Assembly: GCF_001194135.2 (NCBI RefSeq)
Contig: NC_068986.1
Coordinates: 72,228,916-72,292,915, forward strand
Reading direction: 5' to 3'
Length of the DNA stretch: 64,000 nucleotides
Source of the DNA: Octopus bimaculoides
Lineage: Eukaryota
Shown: positions 38,506-47,752 of the stretch, piece by piece
Layout: each line of letters starts with the position of its first letter
How positions within the stretch are numbered: the first letter of the stretch is position 1
Made by a program: the position numbers and the translations under genes
The notes under the pieces: model-generated
Told to the model about the DNA's origin: nothing
The model's input: the letters and a program-made list of their open reading frames with translations, nothing else
Database searches by the model: none

Positions 38506-41500
38506 AAGGCAGACTGTATGATGTACATGACATGGTATGCTCTGAGCATAGAAGATACGTGAAAGCTGGTAAGAAATGAGGCAAGCATGCTTTGCTGGGT
38601 GAGTAATGTCAGTATGCATCAGCAACAGAGCATAAGTTTTCTGAGAGAAAATTTGAGCATCAGAGGCTTCTGCCATAGTCTACAAAAGAGAAGAGTGTAA
38701 TGGTAATGTATATAAAGAATGATAGTTGAGTGAAAAAATGTAAAATAATGCAGATTGGAGGAGCCTGCGAAAAAAAAAAAAAAGGAAAACTGAAGAAAGA
38801 TCTGAATAGACGTGATTAGGGTTGATCTTAGAAGATTGAACCTCACAAAGGGTATGATGAAAGACTGCAACAAGTGGAACAGACATTGTGTTAAAACCAA
38901 CCAACCTATCCAACCCATGCCAACATGGAAAAGTGAGCATAAAATATTGTTTTCAAATTTTGGCACAAAACTAGCAATTTCAGGCGAACGTGTAAGTCGA
39001 TTGCATCGACCCCAGTGTTCAACTGATACATATTTTATCAACCCCGAAAGGATGAAAGGCAAAGTCAACCTCAGCGGAATTTGAATTCAGAATGTAAATT
39101 TGGAAGAAACACTACTAAGCAGTTTTCTGGCATGGTACCGATTCTGCCAGCTTGCTGCCTTTCAAGTGGGCATAAAATATTGATGCTAGAATATTTGAAT
39201 TATGGTTATTAGTTTTCTTTAATTGTTAAATAACAATTTAAAATGAAATTTGACTGGCAACTGTTGGTGCTGCCATCTATGGTTACTTTCAGAGTTAGAG
39301 GTGGAGAGAAAGAGTGTTTGCTAAGAAATAGAAGGGAGGGAGAAATTTCCCTCAAGGGGAGAGAACCGCTCTGGTCTCTTTTTTTTTGCTTTATTATTAT
39401 GCAATGACTTTTTCTTATGAATGAGAGAACATATGAAAGGACATTTCCATGTAATTCATTTTTTTCCTCGTTTTGGATGTCCTAGTTTAAAATGATTTAA
39501 CTCTTAAAGTCATTTACATGGTTCTCTTTTGCTTCTTTTGTTCTATTATTTTGAGAAACATTCTTTCTTTAATGTGAAAACTTAAATTTATGTAAAGTTC
39601 TTTTTTTTTTATTTAAGGTGATGGTAAATGTGTAATATGTGATTCTTATGTTCGACCATGCACATTGGTGCGTATCTGTGATGAATGCAATTATGGTTCA
39701 TATCAAGGACGTTGTGTCATTTGTGGGGGACCAGGTGTATCTGACGCTTATTACTGCAAAGAATGTACCATCATGGAAAAAGATGTAAGTACATTTTTAT
39801 ACTTAATGTTTTAAATATTATTATTATATAAACTAAAAGAATTCAAACAAGTTTGTAAGATAGTCATTCTCCAATTTGCATTATCTGGTTGTTTCTGCTA
39901 TTTTCTCGTTTTTTTTTTGTTTTTGTTTTTTTATAGTTCCCTTGAAGCCAATCTGTCCATCACATTCACTCTGTATATTTACATTCATTTTGTTCCTGAA
40001 GACCCACCCACCACAACAGAATTGAAATCCTAAAACCAAGGTGTCATGTAAAAAGCATTGGTATGGGTGGGCGCTGGTGCCACATAAAAAGCACTGGTGC
40101 TAGTGTCACGTAAAAAGCATCCAGTACACTGTAAAGTGGTTAGCATTAGGAAGGGCATCCAGCCATAGAAACCAAGCCAAAACAGACTGGTGCCAAGCCG
40201 TCTAATGTATGTCAGCATGGAAAACAGGTGTTAAATGTTGACGATGATGGTTACTCTTTGAGCATCATTACTGCTTTTTTTATGAAGAAAATCTCATGAG
40301 ATTTTACCTATTAGCACTAGTACTCTACTGAGTTATGGAGCTAGATAGTTAAATTGCTTAAAAATGACGTGTTCAATTATTTAATTACCTATGATAAATT
40401 ATTTAGTATATTGATGGTATTTCATCAACCTTGTTGCCTTTTGTTGTAAGCCGTTTACCTAATCAGGTCCTGCAGTATCAGTCCACAAATTCAAACATTC
40501 TGTACCTCTAGGCATTGTTCGCTTACACCTAATTAGATCATGTCAATAAAAAGAAGTTAAAGTCTATCTCAAACTGACCAGCTTATTTGGTTGGAGCTTA
40601 TCTCAATTCTTAAGCTTTATAAGCGACTGAGAATGCATGACCCCTCACTAAATAAGATGCCATTCCATCACAAGGTTAGACTCCTGTTATTGCTGATACT
40701 CATTTTCAGCTGAGTAAACTTGAGCACCTTGAAATGAAATGCCTTGCTCAAAAACTCATCATGCTACTTAGTCTTGGAATTGAACCATGACATTATGATC
40801 ATGAGCTCATTAGGCTATATACCCTCAGACTAAAGTTAAACTTTAGTTCTGTGTTAGGTTTTCTACAAGTAAAAATAGCTTGCTGTTCTTCTTTTGAATT
40901 CATCAATTTATTTATAGGTGCAGATAAGGCCATCTTAGTAACCTTATAGGACCCTGGATAAATCAAAACACTAGGTCCTATAATATTTACTTTTTGACAG
41001 TAAACCACTGCATACATAGAGGTCCCTGGCCAACTGCCCAGTACACCCATTCTGTAAGTAGCACAGAGTTCTGGTGTGGCTGGCCAAAACCTTCAGTTGC
41101 TGAAAAAGTCCATTGTGTATATACATGTGTGATGTCAATGTCTCCTTGTCATGATATTATACAATAGTTGTAAACAAGTGTCACTGTCATAAATCAGTGT
41201 CCTTCATTTCCAATCTTTTGTGAAAATATATTCAACCATTGGGAATGGGGGAATATTACCTTACTTGAAATCTGGTGTGGGTTGGCGATACAAAGGGCAT
41301 CTGGCTATAGAAAATCTGACTCAACGAATTTACTCTTGCCCATGCAATTATGAAAAAGTGACATTAAAATGATGATGATTGTAATGCTCACACAATATTA
41401 TATTCCTATACACAGAGTATTAACAAACTAGGGAGCATCATACTGCTTGTTGCTGTTTGAGAGAAGTAGATGGTGATATTGACATTACAAACAATTAATC

Positions 41501-42138
41501 TGCACTTTTGAAGACTTTTGGAGAAAGAAATCCTTTCTTTGAAAAACACATAAGGGGTGGTGACAGGAAGACTATCAGACAAAATTTGTTTAGGCAGATT
41601 TTCTATAGCCTAATGCACTTCTTGATGCTAACCTTCACCTGTTTCCAAGTGAGGTCATCATTCTCCATGTTTTCATAGAAAGCTGGAAATGAATGATACC
41701 ACTTGAAGGCAACACTTGCTTACAACCACCACGAGATGTCAGGTCAAGGCGATATAAACACACACGTAGATGGACACATACACTCACATGCACACACACA
41801 CTTATAACTTGCCCTGTAGAAACTTTTTGTGGACAAAATAGACACATTGTTAAAGATGTCAAATATTTTCATTGTTTTTTGTCTTGATGAAAAAACATAT
41901 CTAGCTTTTGTTTTTTAAATGTGTCAACGAAAACAAAGGCTAGATATGTTTTTTTAATGATGCCTTCCATGTGTAAAAGTATTCTTCATATCATCATATT
42001 ACTGATTTTTTTTTAATCAGTATTTTTTCAATATTTATCTTTTTCTAGAGAGATGGCTGCCCCAAAATTGTGAATCTTGGAAGTGCAAAGACAGATCTTT
42101 TCTATGAAAGAAAAAAATATGGGTTTAAGAAAAGATAG
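31850..42138 (+). CDS. PHF5A: PHD finger-like domain protein 5A (SF3b14b/Rds3), 4 exons, 110 aa
   Basis: Spliced product [36 protein letters not shown]...GFKKR; 52+24+167+90 = 333 nt; all GT-AG. Confidence 0.97.
32741..32836. mobile_element. 96-bp mini-MITE with TTAGGG-like core
   Basis: 16-bp TIR gtaaagaatacgtaca / tgtatgtattctttac (15/16); flanking direct repeat gccaggtaaacg at 32722-32733 and 32841-32852. Confidence 0.5.
35500..35780 (-). pseudogene. Decayed CR1/L2-like LINE RT fragment
   Basis: KATG.. and [14 protein letters not shown] resemble KAxGPD / PIxKKG..DPxNYRPIS. Confidence 0.4.
36541..36564 (+). CDS. PHF5A: PHF5A exon 2 (24 nt)
   Basis: ttttcag|CTATTGGAAGACTTTGTGAAAAAT|gtaagt. 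Confidence 0.95.
36880..37270 (-). mobile_element. RTE-LINE 3' end
   Basis: atcatcatcatcatttagtgtctgctttccatgc plus the end of the ORF (gtagacccagaagagatgggacgaggtggtg). Confidence 0.75.
38380..38945 (+). pseudogene. RTE-LINE RT C-terminal fragment interrupted by (CT)n
   Basis: [20 protein letters not shown]...KGRLYDV. Confidence 0.7.
38955..39165 (-). mobile_element. CORE-type SINE family B
   Basis: aaccccgaaaggatgaaaggcaaagtcaacctcagcggaatttgaa. Confidence 0.75.
39618..39784 (+). CDS. PHF5A: PHF5A exon 3
   Basis: [14 protein letters not shown]...[10 protein letters not shown]. Confidence 0.97.
40030..40250 (+). mobile_element. RTE-LINE 3' tail with minisatellite
   Basis: Repeated aaaaagca units, then ggaagggcatccagcc...gatgatgg. 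Confidence 0.75.
41100..41780. mobile_element. Two RTE-type tail-derived copies (41170-41380 +, 41560-41780 -)
   Basis: ggaatattaccttacttg...gggcatctggct...gatgatgat and its reverse complement. Confidence 0.55.
42049..42138 (+). CDS. PHF5A: PHF5A exon 4
   Basis: [29 protein letters not shown]. Confidence 0.97.
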   Translation, partial: RDGCPKIVNLGSAKTDLFYERKKYGFKKR

Positions 42139-42191
42139 GACTTATATTTTTTTATTTTATCATTATTCATAATTATTTTTTTCTCATTGTC

Positions 42192-42197
42192 AATAAA
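42192..42197 (+). terminator. Putative polyadenylation signal AATAAA of PHF5A
   Basis: 53 nt after the stop codon. Confidence 0.5.
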
Positions 42198-42999
42198 AAT
42201 GAACATTTTTTACATATTTGTTCTTTTCTTTATTTGATATAAGATGGAAGTACTTTATTTGTAATGGTAGACAAGGAATGTTACAAAGAATTAATAGAGT
42301 CTAGATTCAGTCATATTTCCTTTGTCTGTGCATCATATATGATACACATTCCCAATTTTCTCAACCACCAGAGTAACTTGGAACTTATGAAAAGAAAACT
42401 TTATATTACTCAGGATGTTTGAAACAAGAGCTAACTAAAAATCTGAAAACAAGCATGGACAATGCTTTGGACAGGCAAAGGGTTAAGAACATTCCTGTGT
42501 AAAAAACATTGGATGAGTTTTATAGTGCTATTTTTAACTACAGTGCTAAATGTTGAGTGATTTCTGCAATCTGGTTTTGTTACCTCTGTTTTCAGTTGAA
42601 ATTCTGCTGATGTTAACTCTGATTCCTTCACAGTAGATAACATGCAGTGTAAGAGTAATACAACTTCGGGAATAAGGTATTTAACTTGCTGCTCACGGGT
42701 CACTAATTCAAAATTGCTGTGTTTTTATGTAGGATATTTTATCTCTCATTGCTTCAATTCACTTAACTATGGTAGGGAAACAGGTACCAGTTCCAATTAT
42801 TATTATATAATATTAGATCAAACAATTCATCTCATCTATCACAAACATGAGAGAAAGGTAAGTACCTTTTTTTTAACAAACTGTGGTCATTTATAACAAC
42901 TGGTTCCACTATTTTCAAAATATAAATTTGTGGAAGCAGTATTGTCACTTTCAACATCAGCAAAGCCTTTATAACTGTGTTAGGCATACAAATCTCTTA

Positions 43000-43940
43000 T
43001 CAAAACTTTTTAGCTATAGGTGCTACTCATCTCTCATGTCTTGGATCTGAACCTTCCTATCTATTGCAGTAGGTGTTGACAGACCCCTTTCTGCACTATT
43101 CTCATCCCTAGGTTTCACTTTTATACCCCAAGTTCTTTCTTTTGCATATCAGTGACTTGTTTTCTGCCACATCCAATAATGCTCACTCTTATGCAGATGA
43201 CATAAGCTTTCATGCCTCTCAAACTTTCTTCACCTATGCATTATTCACAAGCAACCAGATGCCATATATTGTAACTGCACTGAATCTATAAATGGAGACC
43301 TTGAGAGACTTCTTCATTGTTGCAATGCCAACCTTATTTCTTTTAACTGTAAGAAAAAAAGTTCAAGAAAACACCACTGCACCACACCCCTACAGAACCT
43401 TTACAGTTACTCCAAATGTTGGACCCCACTGTCACCAAGAATCTCTTCTGGCAAAAGTATATCCTTAGCTTAGCTAGGACTGCATCCCTAAGACTGGCCC
43501 ATCAAGGCCATAAAATATTTTAGCCCCCAACAGCTGCTGGCTGACACTCTACAAGGTACAGGTGAGGCCTACAATGGTGTACTGCTTCTATATATTGGAT
43601 GGTATTGCTACTTCTCACACATGTCCTGGACTGCATCTAGAGTAGAGCCACTTAACTAATTAATACTCCAGTGAGTCTGGTCCACTACTTACTTGTCCCC
43701 TGTTTTTGCTATTGCTAGCCTCTGAGCGCTTCCAGTCCATTTGTCTTTTCACCTCTCATCACTCTTACACTAATTACTATTCTCAGTACTTTCTCTGCAG
43801 AACACAGCTTCTGGAATCTTAACCTGCTTTTGTCATTCCTGCAGTTGTTGACCTACAACAGTTAAACAACATTAACAGCACCAATCTCACTGGTCTTGGA
43901 GTATCTGCAAAGGTCATGGGCAATACCCTTTCCTTCACAC
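43000..43940 (-). pseudogene. Heavily decayed RTE-like LINE fragments
   Basis: Pyrimidine-rich + strand like the other RTE relics, with only fragmentary motifs. Confidence 0.3.
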
Positions 43941-44546
43941 TTTAGGAAAATGGCAAAAGAAATCATTTTATACATGGGATGTTCTATTATGAGTTATAGA
44001 GGACAAACTAGCAGTTAAATTACATACAACTAATTTATTTCTTGATTAAGCTTATCCAGGTTCATTATTCTCTTCTTTTATGTGATTGGTGATAACTTTT
44101 ACAATTAATTTTTTTCAGAAAACTTCAAAAATAAATTTGAATAGCAAACAAATATTGGCAGGGAAATGTAATATTTCTAATTTCATGTTCAAATTATTTT
44201 GCATTTATTCAGTAATATTCTAATGATATACATGTCCCCTCCTCACAGTTCTCATCAGTGCAGTTTCGAATTTTAAGCTTGTAGGAGAGTTATAGTTGAG
44301 CCATAATCATCATCATTTAACCCTCACTTTTCCATGCTAGCGTGGGTTCAGACAAAACTTACTGAGGTAGATTTTCTACAGGGCAGATGCCCTTCCTTGT
44401 TGCCAACCCTCACTTATTTCCAAGAAAGGTATTTACCCATAGCTAGGCCTGATTTTCACAGAAGACTGGAAACAGAGTCTTGCTTGTATGATGATGCTTG
44501 TTTACAACTGTCACCTGACATTTAGACAGTTGTACACATATACATG

Positions 44547-44580
<34 letters not shown>

Positions 44581-44590
44581 NNNNNNNNNN

Positions 44591-44623
<33 letters not shown>

Positions 44624-44624
<1 letters not shown>

Positions 44625-45320
44625 GAAGAAAAAAGAAAATGGAGATTGGGAAGTTAATAATTGATTATTAACAACAACAAATCAATCATCCTTCCTTACA
44701 GCTGTTGCAATTAATACTCAGTGAATTAATTAAGTATTATATATCTACATATAATACACACAAGCATCCCCCAAAAGCGTATGTAGCCACATGGATGTAG
44801 ATGTCAATGTGCTTATGTATTAATGTATTCACACACATACAAATGTGTATATATATGAACATACAGATGAATGTATGTGTGTCTATATATATATGCATGT
44901 GTACTTGTATATATACAAATTTTCTTAACTTTATTTATAACTTATAAACATATATTACATTCTTACCTTATTTATATTGAAATTTCCTCTGTCATCTATT
45001 TAATTTATTCATCTATTACTCTAATTCTATTTACCTACTCTATCTTATTTCCAACCAACCTGCAAACCCCTCTCCCAAACACATACAAATACAAATCATA
45101 AACAGTATTATTCAATCTGCTATAATGAATCCATAAATACATATATAAAACATCCAAGGGTATATTTTTTTTCCTTCTGAAGATATGCTCAATGCATATG
45201 AATTTGATATTTAATTAATTCACTGAGTATTAATTGAAACAGCTGTAAGGAAGGATGATTGATTTGTTGTTGTTAATAAGCAATTATTAACTTCCCAATC
45301 TCCATTTTCTTTTTTCTTCT
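44624..45320. mobile_element. Inverted-repeat element with ~115-bp arms (44624-44738 / 45206-45320), Penelope-like
   Basis: Arms nearly identical by eye and flanked by TA-rich sequence; the right arm ends a hammerhead-like motif. Confidence 0.75.
45171..45253 (+). ncRNA. Hammerhead-like motif with enlarged stem II
   Basis: ttcctt-CTGAAGA-[52 nt, two hairpins]-GAAA-C.agct.G-TA-aggaag; palindromic ACAGCTGT stem III; stem I imperfect. Confidence 0.4.
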
Positions 45321-45582
45321 TTTATATGAATATTAACTATATGGTTTTATATATATAGAGTTATTAATATTTCTAAGTCTCTCTAAAGGAGACTACGACA
45401 GCGGTACTGGAAATTAATAGTTATCGCCAAGCCAACATGGCAGTCCCAAAATTAGGACGAAAGCTGCCGTGAATTAGCTCCAAGAAGCCATCGCTTCTAG
45501 CTAGCTATGTGACACACGAAACCTGTGTCCTTTATAACCTTCGAACAGGGGAGGTCAGCAGTGTCACCCTGCTGGTTTGGCA

Positions 45583-45621
45583 TCTGCAGACTAGTTTCAG
45601 GGTGTTGCCCCTTGTCAATGC
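45583..45621 (-). ncRNA. Type I hammerhead ribozyme, second copy (5' stem I truncated by the gap)
   Basis: gca-TTGACAA-gggg.caaca.ccct-GAAA-C.ta.G-TC-tgcaga. Confidence 0.65.
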
Positions 45622-46307
45622 NNNNNNNNNNNNNNNNNNNNNNNNNNNNNNNNNNNNNNNNNNNNNNNNNNNNNNNNNNNNNNNNNNNNNNNNNNNNNNN
45701 NNNNNNNNNNNNNNNNNNNNNNNNNNNNNNNNNNNNNNNNNNNNNNNNNNNNNNNNNNNNNNNNNNNNNNNNNNNNNNNNNNNNNNNNNNNNNNNNNNNN
45801 NNNNNNNNNNNNNNNNNNNNNNNNNNNNNNNNNNNNNNNNNNNNNNNNNNNNNNNNNNNNNNNNNNNNNNNNNNNNNNNNNNNNNNNNNNNNNNNNNNNN
45901 NNNNNNNNNNNNNNNNNNNNNNNNNNNNNNNNNNNNNNNNNNNNNNNNNNNNNNNNNNNNNNNNNNNNNNNNNNNNNNNNNNNNNNNNNNNNNNNNNNNN
46001 NNNNNNNNNNNNNNNNNNNNNNNNNNNNNNNNNNNNNNNNNNNNNNNNNNNNNNNNNNNNNNNNNNNNNNNNNNNNNNNNNNNNNNNNNNNNNNNNNNNN
46101 NNNNNNNNNNNNNNNNNNNNNNNNNNNNNNNNNNNNNNNNNNNNNNNNNNNNNNNNNNNNNNNNNNNNNNNNNNNNNNNNNCCTTTAGAGAGACTTAGAA
46201 ATATTAATAACTCTATTTCTGAAAACCAGTGGATAGATTCCACTGAAATTAGATAAATAACTTTCGAACGGATAGTCAGCAGCGCCGCCTGGCTAGGGCT
46301 TGGCTGC

Positions 46308-46349
46308 TCTGCATTGACAAGGGGCAACACCCTGAAACTAGTCTGCAGA
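46308..46349 (+). ncRNA. Type I minimal hammerhead ribozyme, U3-A8 core variant
   Basis: tctgca-TTGACAA-gggg.caaca.ccct-GAAA-C.ta.G-TC-tgcaga; 6-bp stem I extended to 46257/46398; palindromic ACTAGT stem III; GUC site between 46343 and 46344. Confidence 0.75.
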
Positions 46350-46629
46350 TGCCAAACCAGCAGGGTGACACTGCTGACCTCCCCTGTTCGAAGGTTATAA
46401 AGGACACAGGTTTCGTGTGTCACATAGCTAGCTAGAGGCGATGGCTTCTTGGAGCTAATTCACGGCAGCTTTCGTCCTAATTTTGGGACTGCCATGTTGG
46501 CTTGGCGATAACTATTAATTTATATATATACCTATTATTTTAAGGGAATCAATTCCCCCCAAATATTAGTATTTCCTTGGATGACACCATCCTTTCATGA
46601 GGTTGACATAGCCTCTAATTGAAGATATA

Positions 46630-47160
46630 TTTATTCTTTTACTTGTTTCCGTTATTTGACTGCCGCTAAGCTGGAGCACCGCCTTTAGTCAAGCAAATCA
46701 ATCTCAGGACTTATTCTTTGTAACCCTGTTACTTATTCTATCAGTCTCTTTTGCTGAACCGCTAAGTTACGGGGACATAAACACACCAACATCAGTTGTC
46801 AAGCGATGGTGGAGGGACAAACACAGACACACACACAAATATATACTTATATATATATACACGATGGGCTTCTTTCAGTTTCTGTCTACCAAATCCACTC
46901 ACAAGGCTTTGGTTGGCCCGAGGCTACAGTAGAAGACACTTGCACTGTGGGACTGAACCTGGAGCCATGTGGTTGGGAAGTAAGCTTTTTACCACACAAC
47001 CACACCTGTGCTTGTATATGTATACACACACACTAACAATGGGCTTCTTTCAGTTGCTTTCTGCCAATTCTCACAAGGCTTTGATCAGCCCATGGTACTG
47101 TACAGTAGGACTGAACCCAACCACATGACTTGGAAGCAAGCTTCTTAACTACACAGCCCA
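46630..47160 (-). mobile_element. tRNA-derived SINE family A (46630-47005) plus a second partial copy (47030-47160)
   Basis: Colinear with 61570-61962. Confidence 0.85.
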
Positions 47161-47693
47161 GATAACTTGGAAATGTTCAGTTCAACAAACAAAATGTCTT
47201 TGTTGTCATAGTGTCATTATAGAAATATAAAACATTAGTTTTAGAAGTGAATTATTTGCAAAAAATATATTTCTACAACTGCAGTGTAACTACAAACAAA
47301 CATGATCTTTTGGAATTGGACACTTTGAATTTGCCTGATGGTTATAATTGCACCAATATAATTCAATAATTTAAAAATTCAAAATTTCACTATAGAGAGC
47401 TATGAGGTTGAAACATTTATATAAAATATGAATAATTGCAAAATAGATGAAGCATTATTTTAACATTCCAAATTGTCTTGCCAGCTCTTGTCAAACTGTC
47501 CAACTCATGCCAGCATGGAAGATGGGAGTTAAATGATGTTGATGATGATGAAATTATTTTCATTTTTGTGGAAAAAATTAAATCGTAATAGTTATCTTCA
47601 TTTATACAAATACAAAAAGGAAATAATATACTAATGATTGTTGAAAGGGATGATTCTAGTCTTGTTTTAAGACTGGTTTGAAGATGTTTGTGG

Positions 47694-47752
47694 TCATGTT
47701 AAGATATAAGCAAGCAGTTTATGTACATCATGGTACCACTTTTCTCTGCCGT
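47694..47752 (-). CDS. Unknown gene terminal coding exon (RQRKWYHDVHKLLAYILT*)
   Basis: ttttag acceptor, TGA at 47696-47694. Confidence 0.55.

Larger units (their letters stand above)
45355..46521. mobile_element. Retrozyme-like element: ~361-nt hammerhead-containing monomer, two copies in divergent inverted orientation around a gap
   Basis: 45411-45621 is the reverse complement of 46311-46521 (one mismatch seen). The left copy continues through a 21-nt linker into the sequence that starts the right copy. Both outer ends abut (TA)n. Confidence 0.7.

Noticed and set aside
13347-42138. U12-type introns, CRISPR arrays, tRNA or rRNA genes
   Set aside because: No GTATCCT or ATATCCT donors in DDX47 or PHF5A, no repeat-spacer arrays, and tRNA-like sequences occur only as SINE heads.
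42431-42703. 90-aa minus-strand ORF downstream of PHF5A
   Set aside because: No motif recognised, it overlaps a ttaaccct MITE-like end, and there are no clear splice sites.
45497-46423. Long ORFs of 229-308 aa in the track (also 56831-57640, 61999-62358, 3018-3370)
   Set aside because: They are open only because they run through N gaps.
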